From assembly GCF_009914755.1 (NCBI RefSeq), contig NC_060931.1: a stretch of 64,000 nucleotides of DNA; one strand, 5' to 3'. Of this stretch, positions 23,056 to 37,089 are shown piece by piece. The notes under the pieces are model-generated. The model was given only the letters and a program-made list of their open reading frames with translations, had not been told where the DNA came from and did not search any database. The first letter of the stretch is position 1, and every line of letters begins with the position of its first letter. This DNA is from the human T2T-CHM13v2.0 reference genome, Homo sapiens. The position numbers and the translations under genes are program-made.

Positions 23056-25588
23056 TAACTGTATTTAAATAAGTTAATATTACAGTTTATATGCTTTTTA
23101 GAAGCTTAAGGCCCTCTACAATTCAATAGTTTCCTGTAAAGGTGGAAATGTACAAGTTAATTACTTCAATTAGATTCAGTAAAATTTCTTTAAATTTCTA
23201 TTCAAAAAAGTTCATCTGATTGCATTAGAGTTTAAACATTAATATTTATTAAGAAGGCTTTTATAAAGCAAAAGACATTTTGCTTCAGAAATCAACAATT
23301 GTGTTTAGATGATGTTTTACACTTCACAGTTACTTTTAAGTTAAAACAAAGCTCTCATGTCATGCTTAAATGTACTGTTTTCCATCCTCAGTATAGTGAC
23401 CTTTTGATATCATTTTCATTATGAAGTTGTGAATGTTCTTTCAAGGATGCAGAGAATAAAGGAGAAACAAGACTGATTTCTTTAAAAGGTCATATTTCAA
23501 ATATCTGGAAAGTCATCAATGCACTTTTTAAAAAAATCTACATGCTGTAAAATAGATCTAAAGCCATAAATGGGAACATCTGGGATAAAAACCCAAAACT
23601 TACTATAGTGTTTGCCATCTCTTATAAAATTCTGTTGCAAATACAGTATATTTATTGTTGTATTATATCCTAATGCTGGATATGGAATATCAATGTATTC
23701 TCAGCCTATTCAGATATTAAAAAATGAATTCATTGGCTAGAAAATATAGTTGAATTTATAACAAAGAAACTTATACATTTTCATAAGAATAAAAGGATTA
23801 TAAAGATTTATTTCTGGAAAAAAAAAAAAAAAAACCCAAACAATTCAAATGGTCTTATACTATCTTAGGCTGGAAAACTTTTTATATCCTTATTTTATGG
23901 GTTGATATATGATCATCAATTAATGAAGTCATTTTTATCATAATAAAATGTCATGATTAGAACTGCAGTATTCTAGTCTAACCATTTTCTAAAGAATATG
24001 ATTGGGGCATTTTAGGTAGTTAAATATTAAAATAATCTAATTGAAAATGAGACTTTTAGATTATTCATTTTGATTGACAAACTGCAGAAAATGGGTTTCT
24101 TTCCTAAGTACATCTCTATCACTCAATTTTGGTAGATAAAACCAGTATTTCTGAGTAAAAGGTAAAATATACCTTGTCTTTGTTTTACTTAACTAATAAA
24201 TGCAATTATTCTTGAATTTTTGGGTTTTAAATGCACCTGTTATTTTGGCATCTACATCAATCAAATTCCTCAAGTACTGTGCTTCTGTGTAGGAAAGGTG
24301 TTCAGTTACATGGTTGTCATAGCTGCATTTTCCCCTTGTAACTAAACAACAATGTTCTTTGGAATTAAAGAAGCACACTTTTGATTTAAATTATTTATAG
24401 TTATAAAAAGAACATTAAAATGGAGGAGCAATTCATTGAGAAGACTGATCACAGGACCTCATGGACTAACTGAAAGCTTCAGAATGCAAAACAATAGCCA
24501 CAGTCATGAGGTGAGCATTCCAGTGACTTAACTTGTACTTCCATTTCATCTATTAAAAAATACTGGACCTCAGATGAATTATCAGACTTGTTCACAATCA
24601 CACAAGCAACAAGTGAACTAAATTGCATGTATTTTGATTGTAATAGGGTATTCTTTCAACTGTAAGTTACTTATTATCAGTTAATAAGTATAATGAAATT
24701 TAAATCCAGTCCTCATTACTAGGGGAAAAAAATGTGTTCTATATAAACAAACAAATATGAATCAACTGACCTCACTTTCTGGTAGAAAAATCATTTGGAG
24801 TTGCTTTCCAAATATAGGTGGAACTTGACATAGTCACTCATTACTTTTTGTTGTGTCTTGTGTTTCACTTTGTTTTGTAATCACCATATGCTGCAAGATC
24901 TAGGTTCTTCATACAGTACAGGACAATGTTACAATTGAAATCTACCATCAGAAAATATTAACTTTAGATGAGTGTTTTATTTCTTTTAGGTGCTTTCTTC
25001 CACTTTAGTCCCTAGATTATGTAATAAATATACACTGAACAGACCCAGCCTTCTTCTCCAGGAGAAATTTTAGTTTCTTGAGATCATCTTTACTGTTATC
25101 TTAATGTTTGATTTCCTGAAAAACCTCTAATTCCCTTTCACAAGAAAGAAGAATGAAAAAGGAGAGAGGGAGCAGGAGGCAGAAAATAATATTATTTTCA
25201 GCTTGGCTTATCCTGCATAAATATCATGATTATGCTATTTTTTGAGAGATAATTTTAAGAAATGAATAAGTGCATATAAAATGTTGGAAAGAACTAAAAT
25301 GACACAAAATTTCTTTGTACGATTTTTCCTCTGTGTCAAATACTTTTGAGAGATACAGAGAAAATAAAAATACTAGATAATGTAGCTTTGGAATATATGG
25401 AAAATGTTTTACTGTAACTTCATAGAGGAGGACCCAAAATTCTGTTTTCCATACTAATTTGAGCTTACAAACCAACTTTAAAAAAGAAAAAAAATTCATT
25501 GAAAATTTACAAATTAAAACAAAAATATTTTTGAAAGTATATTTGTTTTAGCCTTTTTAATCTTTTTTCCAGTTACTTGCAATTTCTC

Positions 25589-26064
25589 TGTAGCAGGCAA
25601 AATAATACCTCCCCACCAAAGATGTCCACATCTTACCCTAGAACCTGTGGATAAGTAAATTTACATTATACAAGGAGTTTTGTATGTGTTATTAAGTTGC
25701 AGACCTTGAGATGGATAGATTATCCTGGATTATCGTGCATGGCCTAATATAATCTCAAGGGTTCTTATAAGATGGTGACAGGAGGACCAGAATCAAACAG
25801 AAGGTGTGACTGTGGAAGTAGGTATCAGAGTGATGTGGAACACTGAATCAGTGTGGGCAGCCTCTAGATGCTGGAAAACGCAGGCAAGCACATATTTCTC
25901 TAGAGCCTCCAACAAGGATCTAAACCCTCCTGATACTTTGATTTTAGCCCAGTGAAACTCATTTCAAACTTCTATTCTCTAGAACTGTAAGATAATAAAT
26001 TTGTGTTGTTTTAACCACTGAGTTTGTGGTAATTTTGTTACAGCAGCAATAGAAAACTAATATA
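25589..26064 (+). mobile_element. MLT1D-like solo LTR
   Basis: CCAAAGATGTCCACATC, GATTATCCTGGATTATC, AGAACTGTAAGATAATAAATTTGTGTTGTTTTAA, GTTACAGCAGCAATAGAAAACTAATA. Confidence 0.85.
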
Positions 26065-26669
26065 TACTTATATATCATTATCAATATTATATTTATAATA
26101 TAATTATAAATTATTAGAATTATATAATTCTGAGTTTTATTTTCTCATTCTTATAGCACCTGAAATTTTGCTGATGGTTTCTATCAAACACGTTTCCTGG
26201 AAATGCTGGTGCCATGGTATTTCCCCATCATAACTGAAGTAACTTGAGGAAAATTCTGACAAAGGTCAGTTTCCTAAATCTAATGCCTTTAATCAATCCC
26301 TCAATGTTATTAAATGCTCTAGTAGTAGAAGTTATAAAGGAAAAAAGTTCTCTCTTTTTCTCCCTTTCTTTCTCAGCATGATCTGAAGAAAGTGTAGATG
26401 AGAACAAATTACAATAGAAAAGAAAGCAGAAGCTATCCATAAGGAAGTACAAGCACTACCCTAAGCTTTGTTCTTACAGCCCCGATGACACACTTGAGGC
26501 TTTTAGTAGGATAATAATGTGATCAATTAGCATTTCAGAAATATCCCTCAGGCAATAATATAAAGGGGGAGTTATTGAAAGACCTTACTGGGTAAAAGGA
26601 CGAAAAAAAGAAAAAAGAAGATTCGTGAGCCAAATATTACCGATAATATATAGGAATTAAAGGAAAATG

Positions 26670-27300
26670 TGTATAAGACTTCTGATTGATTTATACACCA
26701 CGATGAAGGGAAAGGAAGATTCACATATTATGCATTCAGATGAAATGGGAAATAGTGAAGAAGATGGCACCAAAATAAGGAATAGAAGTGAAAGCAAAAT
26801 GTTGAAGGAAAGAAGAAGAATTCAGCATTGGGCTTAATGAAATGAGAGCCTGTGGAACATGTAAGGGGAAGGTCTAGTTCACAGCTAAGATGTGCAGATT
26901 TAGAGACACAAACTTGGTGGCCAGTTTAGAAGCCACTGCATCAGGGTTTTAGATAAAGTCACTCAGGATGAAGAATCAGATTTAGAAGGACAGAATGTTA
27001 AGTAAAGGACTTGAGGAGCATCAATATCCAAGGGGTAAGAGAGACTAAAAGAATCTCAAAAAAGTATTACACAAGGAAAGTCAAGACAGAACACCATCAC
27101 AAAGCTAATGTAGGATAGAGTTTCAAGAAAAAAGTGGTTAACAAAATCAAATGCCTCAGGGATGAGGGAAGAGAAGGAGCAGAAGATATCCCCAGCAGAC
27201 TGAGAAATAACTGGGTCACTGGCAAGCCTCAGGAGAATTAGTTCAGGGACTTGGCGAGAACAGAAATCAGCCTGCAGGGATTGGAGGAACTTTGTGAACT
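26670..27300 (-). mobile_element. Old L2 fragment (probably continues at ~29350-30165)
   Basis: Purine-rich antisense L2 ORF2 features (AGAATTCAGCATTGGGC, TTTCAAGAAAAAAGTGGTTAACAAAATCAAATGC). Confidence 0.55.
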
Positions 27301-27667
27301 GTCAGTGAGGAGACCTCAGGGCTCAGACTAGGCACCTTCTTCTCTCTCTCCACATTCTTCCCATAGAGGATCTCATCAGTGCTCATGGTTTTAAATACCA
27401 GCTATATGCTAATGACTCCCAAATTTGCATTTCTGTTCCCTATCTCTGTGTGAGGATGGAAGCTCACATGCAGTGACTTGAACAGTGAATTGGGGGTGCC
27501 ACAGGTACAGCACTAAGCACCTCCTCCTCCCTCTATTCACTTTCCATGTGAATGACACGCCCTATTCCCACAGATAAAATACTATGTACATGCTAATATA
27601 ACATAAATTCCAAAGTTATGTTTCTGCTCTGGAATTTTCACATTTTTTTCTAGGAGGCCCAGCTACG

Positions 27668-27820
27668 TAGTATATATAATATATAGTATATTGGATATAT
27701 ATAGTTATAGTATATGCATACAGTATATAATATTCTATATGTACATAGCATATCTTATATAGGACACCCAGCTTTATATACGATATACTATCTGTATTAT
27801 ATACTACTATGTACTATATC
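27668..27820. repeat. TA-rich low-complexity tract
   Basis: Degenerate (TA)n/(TATAG)n. Confidence 0.75.
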
Positions 27821-28155
27821 TACCTATCTCTCTATATAATCACAAACATCTCAATATTTAAAATTTATATGTCCCAAGCACTTATTATTTCTCCTAAAAC
27901 CTGCTACTCCTTAGTCTTGTCCAATTCAGAAACTAGTCTTCCTTTATTCCTTCATTTTCCTTACCCCCAACATACAACTCCACCATCCACTCTAACCTGC
28001 AACTATGTCTCAAATAGAACCATCCTTGCCTCTGCTACCAGAGCTCTAGTCCAAGCCACCATCATTGCATACTGTGAATCCTTCACTACTAATCTTCCAG
28101 TTTCCTCCAACCCTCTCCAATCATTCTTCTTACAGCCTTCAAAATGTACTTTTAA

Positions 28156-28510
<355 letters not shown>

Positions 28511-29067
28511 CTTTCCATTTTATCTAGAATGAAATCCAGCTTCCGTACCATGACCTTCGTGTTGAATAGGTGATCACCCAACTATCTATCCAACTTCTTC
28601 CCATACCACTCTCTCTCTCCTATGCCTACTGTGGTCTAGCCATACTGGACTTTTACAGTTACTGCAATAAGACAAACACTATCCCCCAATACAGCTTCCA
28701 TTTATGCTTTTCCCTACTGCCTGGAATGCTCTTTCTTGGGTTCTACAAAAGCATGGCTTCTCTCTTTTCAGGAACAGGTTACAATGTCTTCTAACCACTG
28801 TTTAAATAGGTCCTTCCCTAATATATTTTTGTTTCTGAACTCTCATAGTATTGGCATTTTGTAATTAGTTATTCATTTTTTTATGTATTACCTGTCCTAC
28901 TGACTACATTCTAAGCTGCTTTAGGACAAGCAATTTGTCTCTCTTTATTTATTATTGGACATCCAGTGTTGTGCACAGTGTTTGGCAAATATTAGGTTCT
29001 TAATAAATATTAATTAAATGAACAAATCAGTGAATGAGGAAAAAAGCCAATAATAATAATATAGTAT

Positions 29068-29306
29068 TAATAACTACCACATATTAAATGCTTATAGATG
29101 TCAAGACCTATTGCACATGTTTTACATGTATTAATCTTTTAATCTCCCCAACAGCCCTATGAGCTAGGAACTATTACTATCCTGGTTCAGTGATGAGTTT
29201 ACTAAGATAAAGAGAAGTTAAGTAATATGCCAAAGGACCCATAGCTAGCAGAGCCAGAATTTGAATGCAGGAAGTCTGATTCCAGAGTTCATACTCTTCA
29301 TCTGCT
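29068..29306 (-). mobile_element. MIR
   Basis: AACAGCCCTATGAG...AGAGAAGTTAAGTAA...GCAGAGCCAGAATTTGAA core. Confidence 0.8.
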
Positions 29307-29349
29307 TTAAAGATTTCAGAATGCCTGATCATAATCAGAAAGAGAAATT

Positions 29350-30165
29350 TTGGGGACTTCAGTTATTACAGATGGCTCCAGGGTTAATGGATGTATGTGA
29401 GTGTGTGTGTTTATAAATGGAGAAGCTTTACCAACTTTATATGCACAGGCTAACATGTTATTGGATTGAAGTAGAAGATACAAGCAAGAAAGGGTGACTA
29501 ATTAAGTAAGTGACTGAAAAAACAGGTGTAAGTGAGACCTAACACAAGGAATCTAGCTTTGGGAAGATCATTCTACTTCTGTGAAAGAGGAGAAAAAATA
29601 GAGCTGAGGCTGATAAGGACATTTTAGATTTCTGGGGAGGAAGTTGAAGATTTTAAGTTTTTATTAGATTTTCCCAATAAAGTCATAGGCAAATTCGTCT
29701 ATTGAGTGTATGGGGAGAAATGATGAAGTATGAGGTTGAATGAGAGAAGTGAAATGTACCAAATATACCAAATGGAATGGAAGATAATGGGCTAAAACAA
29801 TGCCAGCTGGATAAGGTAGAGGCCCCAACTGAGATGGAAGACCACTCACTGGTTTGTAAAAGCAAGAATCTGCAAGTTGTTGTGGGACTATCTTCCACCA
29901 CAGCAGCCTGGAGGCTGAGCTGATAGGCTGCACTGGTCATGGATGGTTAGGTAAAGCAGAACAACAGGGCCAGAAGTGACTCTAATTATAAGAACTGATT
30001 TAATCATCACAAGAAAAGGTAAAGGCTGGATGTGGAAGGGAGCAATGGGCAGGCCAAAGAGTGAGGAAAAAAAAATAGCCAATGGATTAGGAGACTCCAT
30101 CAGACCAAAGAGAATGTATAGAGAGAGAGAGAGCAAGAGAGCTGGAAGACTGAGAGCTATGGTCC
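29350..30165 (-). mobile_element. Old L2 ORF2 fragment
   Basis: Purine-rich antisense L2-like sequence continuing the 26670-27300 piece. Confidence 0.45.
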
Positions 30166-30734
30166 AGCCAAAAACACTGGATCACTCTGAAAGCTCCTGG
30201 GCCTAGGAAACAAGGCACCCCTCAATCTACCCTTGTTAACTTTTACAACAATTTCATCTTTCCCTTCAATTGCTCACTAATTCTCTAAAGGAATGACTCA
30301 ACATTCTCATAAGTGTCCGTGCTTGTATATTCTATCACAAAAGATTTATTGGTAAACTTGTCTACCAACCATACTTCCTGTTCTCAATGGGAAATTATTC
30401 CCAAAGGTTGCAGCATCCAACATGGTTTTAGTCCTCTTTCTTAAGGCTTACACACTATCTTACAATGACAAAATGGCAGCCATCTTCTTAACTTTAAGCG
30501 CAATGTTTTCATCAGACTAAATAAAAAATCAGTGATGTATTGCACAGATAATTTGGTTTCTAAATGTTTCCATCATTTAATAATTTTCACCACTGGTGAC
30601 ACAATTTATGTGAGTGTTCTCTATTATTGAAACTGAATATTTTGCTACACAGCCCCAAGATTATGAAACAAGCAGACAAGTGGAATAGAATCCAAAGAGA
30701 ACAGTGAAAAGAACAAATAAGACACCCATACAGT

Positions 30735-31218
30735 ATTTTGCTATTTACAGAGCACTTTCTTAACCACTGGCTTATCTAATCCCTTCTATAATCTCTTATC
30801 TGATCCCTTATGATTAGAATTCCTTATTTGATGCATTTTATTGATGAGCTAACTAAGGCTCAGAGAGATTAAGCAACTTGTGTGCTAACTTCAATAACTT
30901 GCTTAATCTAAAAATCAAACCAAGTCTACTTCTATTCTGGTGAACTCTTCAATTTTAAAAATATATTAATAATAATAGCATGAATTGCTAATAATTACTG
31001 AAAGTTTGCTATGTGTCAGGCATGTTATTTAGAGCTCTGCCTGCCTTGCTTCATTTAATCCTCACAGCAAGCCAGTGAGGTGAGCCACCTTATTCTCTAC
31101 ATACTACATAATGCCTGAGAAAGTGGGGCCAGAGGATAGGTTAAGGACTTCTGAAGCAAAACGATAATTCAAATCCACACTCACTACTCACTACTGAGTC
31201 TTTGTTCCTAATCACTTA
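30735..31218 (-). mobile_element. Two MIR fragments (~30735-30880, ~30968-31218)
   Basis: AACTAAGGCTCAGAGAGATTAAGCAACTTG; TCATTTAATCCTCACAGCAAGCC. Confidence 0.7.
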
Positions 31219-31279
31219 GTAATTATGAAAACAAAGCTTTTGCTTTCCAAATTAACATTTTTTTTCTAAATGAGAATAC

Positions 31280-31359
31280 CTTGTGCAGAGGAGGGAGCAA
31301 TCCAATAGGCTCTGTGAGTTGCTGGTAGGGAGATAAATTTGGACAGTACATTTTTATAG
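31280..31359 (-). other. Candidate 80-nt cassette exon, product unknown
   Basis: Minus strand: TTTTCTTTAG acceptor, exon, AAG/GTATTC donor; two frames open; no protein family recognised. Confidence 0.25.
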
Positions 31360-33394
31360 CTAAAGAAAATAGTTCTGAATGTGTAAAAGATTTGAAGCAA
31401 CAAGATGATCGCTGAAACATTATTAATAATGATTCTATAATGTAAATAACACATAAAATTTAAATATATACCCTAGTGGTCTCCTTATAGCATTCTTTAA
31501 ACTGTGGGATTCGATTTAGTTCTCTCTTTTATTCAGGTCAAAGGGCTTCTTTGCTAAAAACAATCATAATATAATTAGAAAGCATAAACCTGCAAAGCAA
31601 AGCTAACATGTTTCCTTTCCTTGTCGTAATCACACAGCAAAAATTTTAAATAGAATACGTAAAGTGACTCTAAGAGAAAATATTACTGCTTAGCAATTTT
31701 AAGAAAAGTGTCATTATTTTAAAGTTGTTATTGACACTGTAGCCCTAAAATCTATCTAATCGTACCATTGGATTTTTTTTTTTAAGTACAGGAGATAGCA
31801 TCTAAGTCCTGAACATTTAGAAAACATATTCACAGGAAAAGTTAAAATTTTAGGCAAATTAAGGAGCAGCACATGAATAAGACTCTCAAACAATAACAGG
31901 ATCTTTCAAACTCTCAATATGAATACATTAGAATATTCAGCCAACATAAAACAGACTTTATAAAAATGTGCTTACAACAGACAATAACCTCATTATGTTC
32001 TCCTCATAAAATCCAACACTATAATGTGAGAATAAATCATTCCTTCCATCCTTATGGTGTTATTTTTGTCTTGCCCAAACCTGGGAACTTATATGAAAGT
32101 ACATTTTCTAAAGGAACATAAGAATTGATATATAAAAGCATTTCCTTTTAAAAAGCCATGCAAATAATAATTCCAACCAAATTCTCTTTCCTCTAATAAA
32201 AGGTTTTGTTTGGGATTTGTTTTTGTTTTCTTTCATAGCTTCTTCTTAAAAAGCACTACCATTAAAGGCAAGGTCGACTTTGCTTACCACAAGTTACAAA
32301 TGACTGAATTGGTAACCCAATATCTGAGAAGTCATTTGCTGTTATAAATCTATTATCAGTGCTTCAGAAGAGTAAGAGGATAATGCCTTATTAGGACTTG
32401 GCCACAACAGGGTAGAGTTTCAAACTTCTTGAACTCTGTATATGCACAGGGGAAAAATGTGATGGTGTTGTAGCCTATAAATACATTGTCAGCTCTAGCA
32501 AGCAATGAGACATCTCACTCCAGAAAGTCAAAGCTGCAATGTGTCACTTTCAGACTTCTCTCACTGGTCCCAAGAAAATAGGTATAGATTTCAAATACAG
32601 TTATTTAAAGTAGATTCTGGTATACAGACACCCACGTCCTCCAAAGTTAAATTTTCCAGTTAAACTGTCTCCAGTCAATCTGACCACTTCAACCTGACAG
32701 GCAAGCCAGTCAAATAAGCAGTCAGTGGGCCAAAATCTGTCAAAATGGTTTTCTTAACTGGTAATTACTTTTTGACTGACTTGAGCAGTCAAGTTCATCA
32801 GAACAGTCAAACCAGGTTTCCAATGTATACAGTTTTAGCTCTTCCTGTTTTAGTAGGTGTGCTCTGTTTATATATTTGAAGGGAGCTTTATTAAGTCATA
32901 TTGTTTAAGAGAAACAAGTCAAGAAAGTTGTGAGCAACTAGTTTGACAATAAGGGCTCCCCCCAGAGTTGGTCCTCAGATTCAGCACTGGGGAGAACAGG
33001 CTTATCGGCCCTGCCTGAGAGCTATGAAAGGCACAAGGGGAAGGGGTGGCCAGGAGAAAAGCACTGTGGAAGTACCCGCGTGCCCACCTCTTGACATGTC
33101 CTGGTTAGAGGTCTGAGACATGTGTCCTCTAACAAGGGAGAGATAAGGGAATGGGCTCACCATATTTTTGGAGATTTATAAAAAGACACTTAGAACTCAG
33201 TGGAGGGTTTGATGACATTGATGCCATTGTTGGCAGCGGTTTTCCATTCTTAAACAGCCATTTTTGTCAAGAGAAAGAGAAATTTTAAGAATCCCCTTAA
33301 TTTAAAAATGAGGGTGAGGGCAATGTAATTTCTCAGCTTTCACAAATGACAACCTTGAAATGCAGTCTAATGCATGTTAAAAAGCATTGTTTGA

Positions 33395-33605
33395 GCAGCA
33401 TTTAAGATTGCAGATTTTGGAATTAGCCCACCTAGTTTCAAACCTGGGCTCCCACTGACAAGCTATATGCCTTGGAGCCACATATTTCCTTCCTTGGATG
33501 TCAAGTAGCCTTATCTTTATAATGAATAAAATTAAACAACTCAATTCTCAGAGTTATTTTGATTACTAAGTGATTAAATGTTAGTAAAATATTTTCAACA
33601 GGGCA
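33395..33605 (+). mobile_element. MIR (MIRb-like)
   Basis: CCTAGTTTCAAACCTGG...AGCTATATGCCTTGG...TATAATG core. Confidence 0.6.
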
Positions 33606-33829
33606 GGGTAAGGAACACTAGCTATGTAGAGGCATGGCCCAGTTCAAGTTCACCATAACTATGAGAGCATCTTGTTCAAATATAGTATTTTGTAATGTAT
33701 TCGACTTCTTTTTTACAGGTCTCTTATGTTTAAGTTTTGCTTTAATTAATAGTTTTATCTTTAATATCTTCATAATTTATTTAAAAGCAGCACTAAAAAG
33801 CATAAAGGCTAAAGTTGCCAGGTTACCAT

Positions 33830-33992
33830 TCTATACAGGCATTGAACTATACGTTTTACCCTCCCTTTCTCATTTAATAACCATGAAACCCCGTGAGGTA
33901 GATCAGGTTTACAAATGAAGATACTGAGTTTCAATCAAATTATATGACCTGTCTGTGATCAAACAGCTGATTATGGCAGAGCTGGTTTTAAA
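33830..33992 (-). mobile_element. MIR fragment
   Basis: AACCCCGTGAGGTAG...TTTACAAATGAAGATACTGAG...TGGCAGAGCTGG. Confidence 0.7.
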
Positions 33993-35399
33993 ATTAAAAT
34001 GTAACCAGCTTGCTTTAAAATCTATTAAGAGCCCGTAATATAACAAATAGCTAATTAACAATAACAAATTTCTGGTTCTTCCAGCAAAAAAAAAAAAAAG
34101 AGTGGTTTATATTGTAAGTTCATGACTTCCTAAAGAGAGACACTTGTCTATTAGGCCTCTGAAGTTATTGTAAGTAAATCAAAAGAACTAGAATGATTCA
34201 ATACTTATCTATCACATCCAGAAACCAATCTTATTTCCACTTTCTGCAGTGCCACTTTGGATTTCAAAACAATAAAACAAAATATCTGAAAGATAAGACT
34301 CATGTATTCCAAAGTACTTAGAGGTATACAAGAATTCAAAGACTGATTAATTCAGCAAATAAAGATAGAATGTCTTGTTACTTGAAAATGGTCCAAGCAC
34401 CAGTTAGTATCCTGAAAACTGAGAAACTATTGTGATATCAAACTGATTTCATAGTGTTTTCTTCGGTGATTTTTTGGTCATTGATAGAGATAGAACTCTT
34501 TTACAATATTGTGCAAAAAAACTAAAGACTCTGAAGGAGCATGAATGAATTGAACCTCTGGAAAGAACTTAGGCTTCCCGCTAAAACTCACCCTCAGAGG
34601 GTGTAATCTAACATACAGCATGAACATCTCAAGAGACTTGCCCTAGGTCAGTTCATCTCTCTGTGATGCCATATCCTCTAGATGGAAATAAAAACAGTGA
34701 ACTCTTTTAAATGTGCCCTATGGTCTGATTAAAGATTGAAAAGGGCTCTAAAAATCCACAGCACTCCCAGGGAAAAATGCTAAATATCATTATCATTATT
34801 ACACCAAATGCCATAATTTGGTCTCCTCAGATTCCCTTTTTATGTAGATTCCATCACACTCTGACTTTTGACTTTTCGCCTCTCTGACCAAATCTCCAAT
34901 GACAAAGCAAAGGGAAATATTGAGGCAATTAGTGGGAAATGGAAGCAATTAATTCCCTTTTTTAGTGGAGACCTGGCCTCTGTGAACCAGTTTAACCAAA
35001 AATAATCAATGACCTTTCTCTGACCAAACTGAAGCAAATCTACTTGATATTTGTCACTGGTTATCCATCTACTGCTTCGACATTAATGAGTCCCTTCACT
35101 TTGCCCCTTTCTTTTATGAAATAGAGCCATCTTTTCTGGTCCCATGTTACCTCTACAACTACTATTTTTGCAAATCTAATACAGTCAAAGGCCTCATTAT
35201 CCATGTGTAAGCCTAGAAACCATTTTTAGCAAAACCGTGATTTCTGATTTTCTTCTACCCTTCTCCCTTGAACTGTTTCCCTTTCTCTCCTATGGAGAGG
35301 CGAGGTTGTTCAAAATGAATGAAAGAGAACAACAAAGACAAAGTTTAAATTTAAAAGGGTCCTAGAAAAGACTGTATAATCCATCTGGGCCTAAACAGC

Positions 35400-35610
35400 A
35401 TCCAGACCTAGATCTAAGTCTTTGGCCAATCATTGCTCACTGTTCAGCTTTCACCTTGGGAAATTTACCTATCCTTCACAAATCTCAGTTTTCTTTTCTG
35501 AACACTGGAGACAACATTACTTGCCCCAAGAGTCTTGTCAGACAAAAATTAGATGATACATGTAAAGCCGTTAGTACATAAGGAGAGCCCAATCAATGTT
35601 TCCTATTACC
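35400..35610 (+). mobile_element. MIR fragment
   Basis: ACCTTGGGAAATTTACCT...TCTCAGTTTTCTTTTCTG...GATACATGTAAAGC. Confidence 0.65.
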
Positions 35611-35754
35611 ACCTGTTTCAAAGAAGAGGAGAATATTTCATAAAATATACTGTTTTGATACTCAATACAACTCTTCTAAAATGACTGCTACTCAAGCAAG
35701 AATATTCAGCATTCAGGGTCTCACTTTTATCCCCCTGTTAAGAAGAGTACTTCA

Positions 35755-35906
35755 TGTTTTAGCTTATCCATTTATTTTATACATTATTTCCATCTCCTAT
35801 CATATTCCAGAATATCTTTGCTTGCTATTTTGTTTTAGCTTATCCATTTATTTTATACATTTTTTCCATCTCCTATCATATTCCAGAATATCTTTGCTTG
35901 CTCTTT
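35755..35906. repeat. 76-bp tandem duplication (2 copies, 74/76 identical) followed by (GTT)n
   Basis: Units 35755-35830 and 35831-35906 compared directly. Confidence 0.95.
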
Positions 35907-37089
35907 TGTTGTTGTTGTTGTTGCTGCTATGGTTTTGTTTGTTTCATCTTTAGACAAACACCCCTTAAGCAACTGTTCATCAGCTGTCATATATCTCACT
36001 AAGTGTGGTCCATTAGGCCTGAATCCAAGTGAATTTAGAGACAGCTCGGTATAACCAGTGTTTCATATAAAAACAAATGGAGATGCAAATGAATTGGCAA
36101 TACATTTTGAGAAAATATGGAACACTAGAGATGTCCTGTGAAGAAAAGGCAAATTAACAGTTACTTCTCAAATTATGCAAGGAGCTGCTTTTTCCTCTAT
36201 TTCATTTTGTTCTAAAAAGCTCTGTCCTAAGGCAGGCTTCCCTGAGGCTGTTTGAATAGGAGAGAATATTAAGGAAAACAAGACCAGATGTATGAGACAT
36301 TGGCCCATTGTTATGTTCTGTACTCTGAAAATCTTTCAGAAATGTGGGATGAAGGGCCTCAAAGGAAAAAGGAGAGAGGTCCTTCCTTTGCACTCTGAAC
36401 TAGATTTCCAATCTTAGAGCTCCTAAATCCAACCCAAGTTTGATTTCTCAGGAGCAAATTCAGAGCTGCTCTTCAGGTACAAGAGACCTAGATTTAAGCA
36501 CCACCAGACACTTCAACCTTCACCCTCAGGCCCAGCCCCAGCCTTTCACTCTCCACACTAGATATTAATTCAATGTGAAATCTTCAGGAAATACACACAC
36601 ACAGACAGACAGACTTACTCATAGTCACATGTCAAGTTGGTAGCAAGCTAAAAATGCTGAACTTCTGACTTCCCATTTCACAGTGTGTTCTATCAAACCA
36701 AGCAACCATAAAGAAATCACTGGATCACTTGTAAATATTTGCTCAGTCCACTGGTTTGCTAATCCATGTTCAGTTTAAGAGAGAATTGCTGCAGTAAAAA
36801 ATGTAGTAGTACATCACCTTCAATTTTCTCATGAAGTACATTCTACCATCTTTTCAGCCTCTCTCTTCTTGCCAAAGGTACAACTATTTTGAAGGTATTA
36901 CCCATAGTCACCACATACAGTCATTTTTGCTCTCTTAAATCGGATACAGAAACACTCTATCAACAAAAATTTAAAACTAATAACTCCAGTCTTTCACCCT
37001 CTAATGTGTCTTCCAAATGGCCAGAGCTGGAGAACATAAAACTAAACATAATCAAAATATGCTAAAACATAATCAAATCAAGCTCCTTC

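Noticed and set aside
27448-27660. Apparent unknown insertion in L2
   Set aside because: On closer reading it resembles the L2 RT-motif region itself
33045-33100. CTCF-like motifs
   Set aside because: Mismatches at core positions
35755-35906. CRISPR-like direct repeats
   Set aside because: Two abutting copies with no spacers, in eukaryotic DNA
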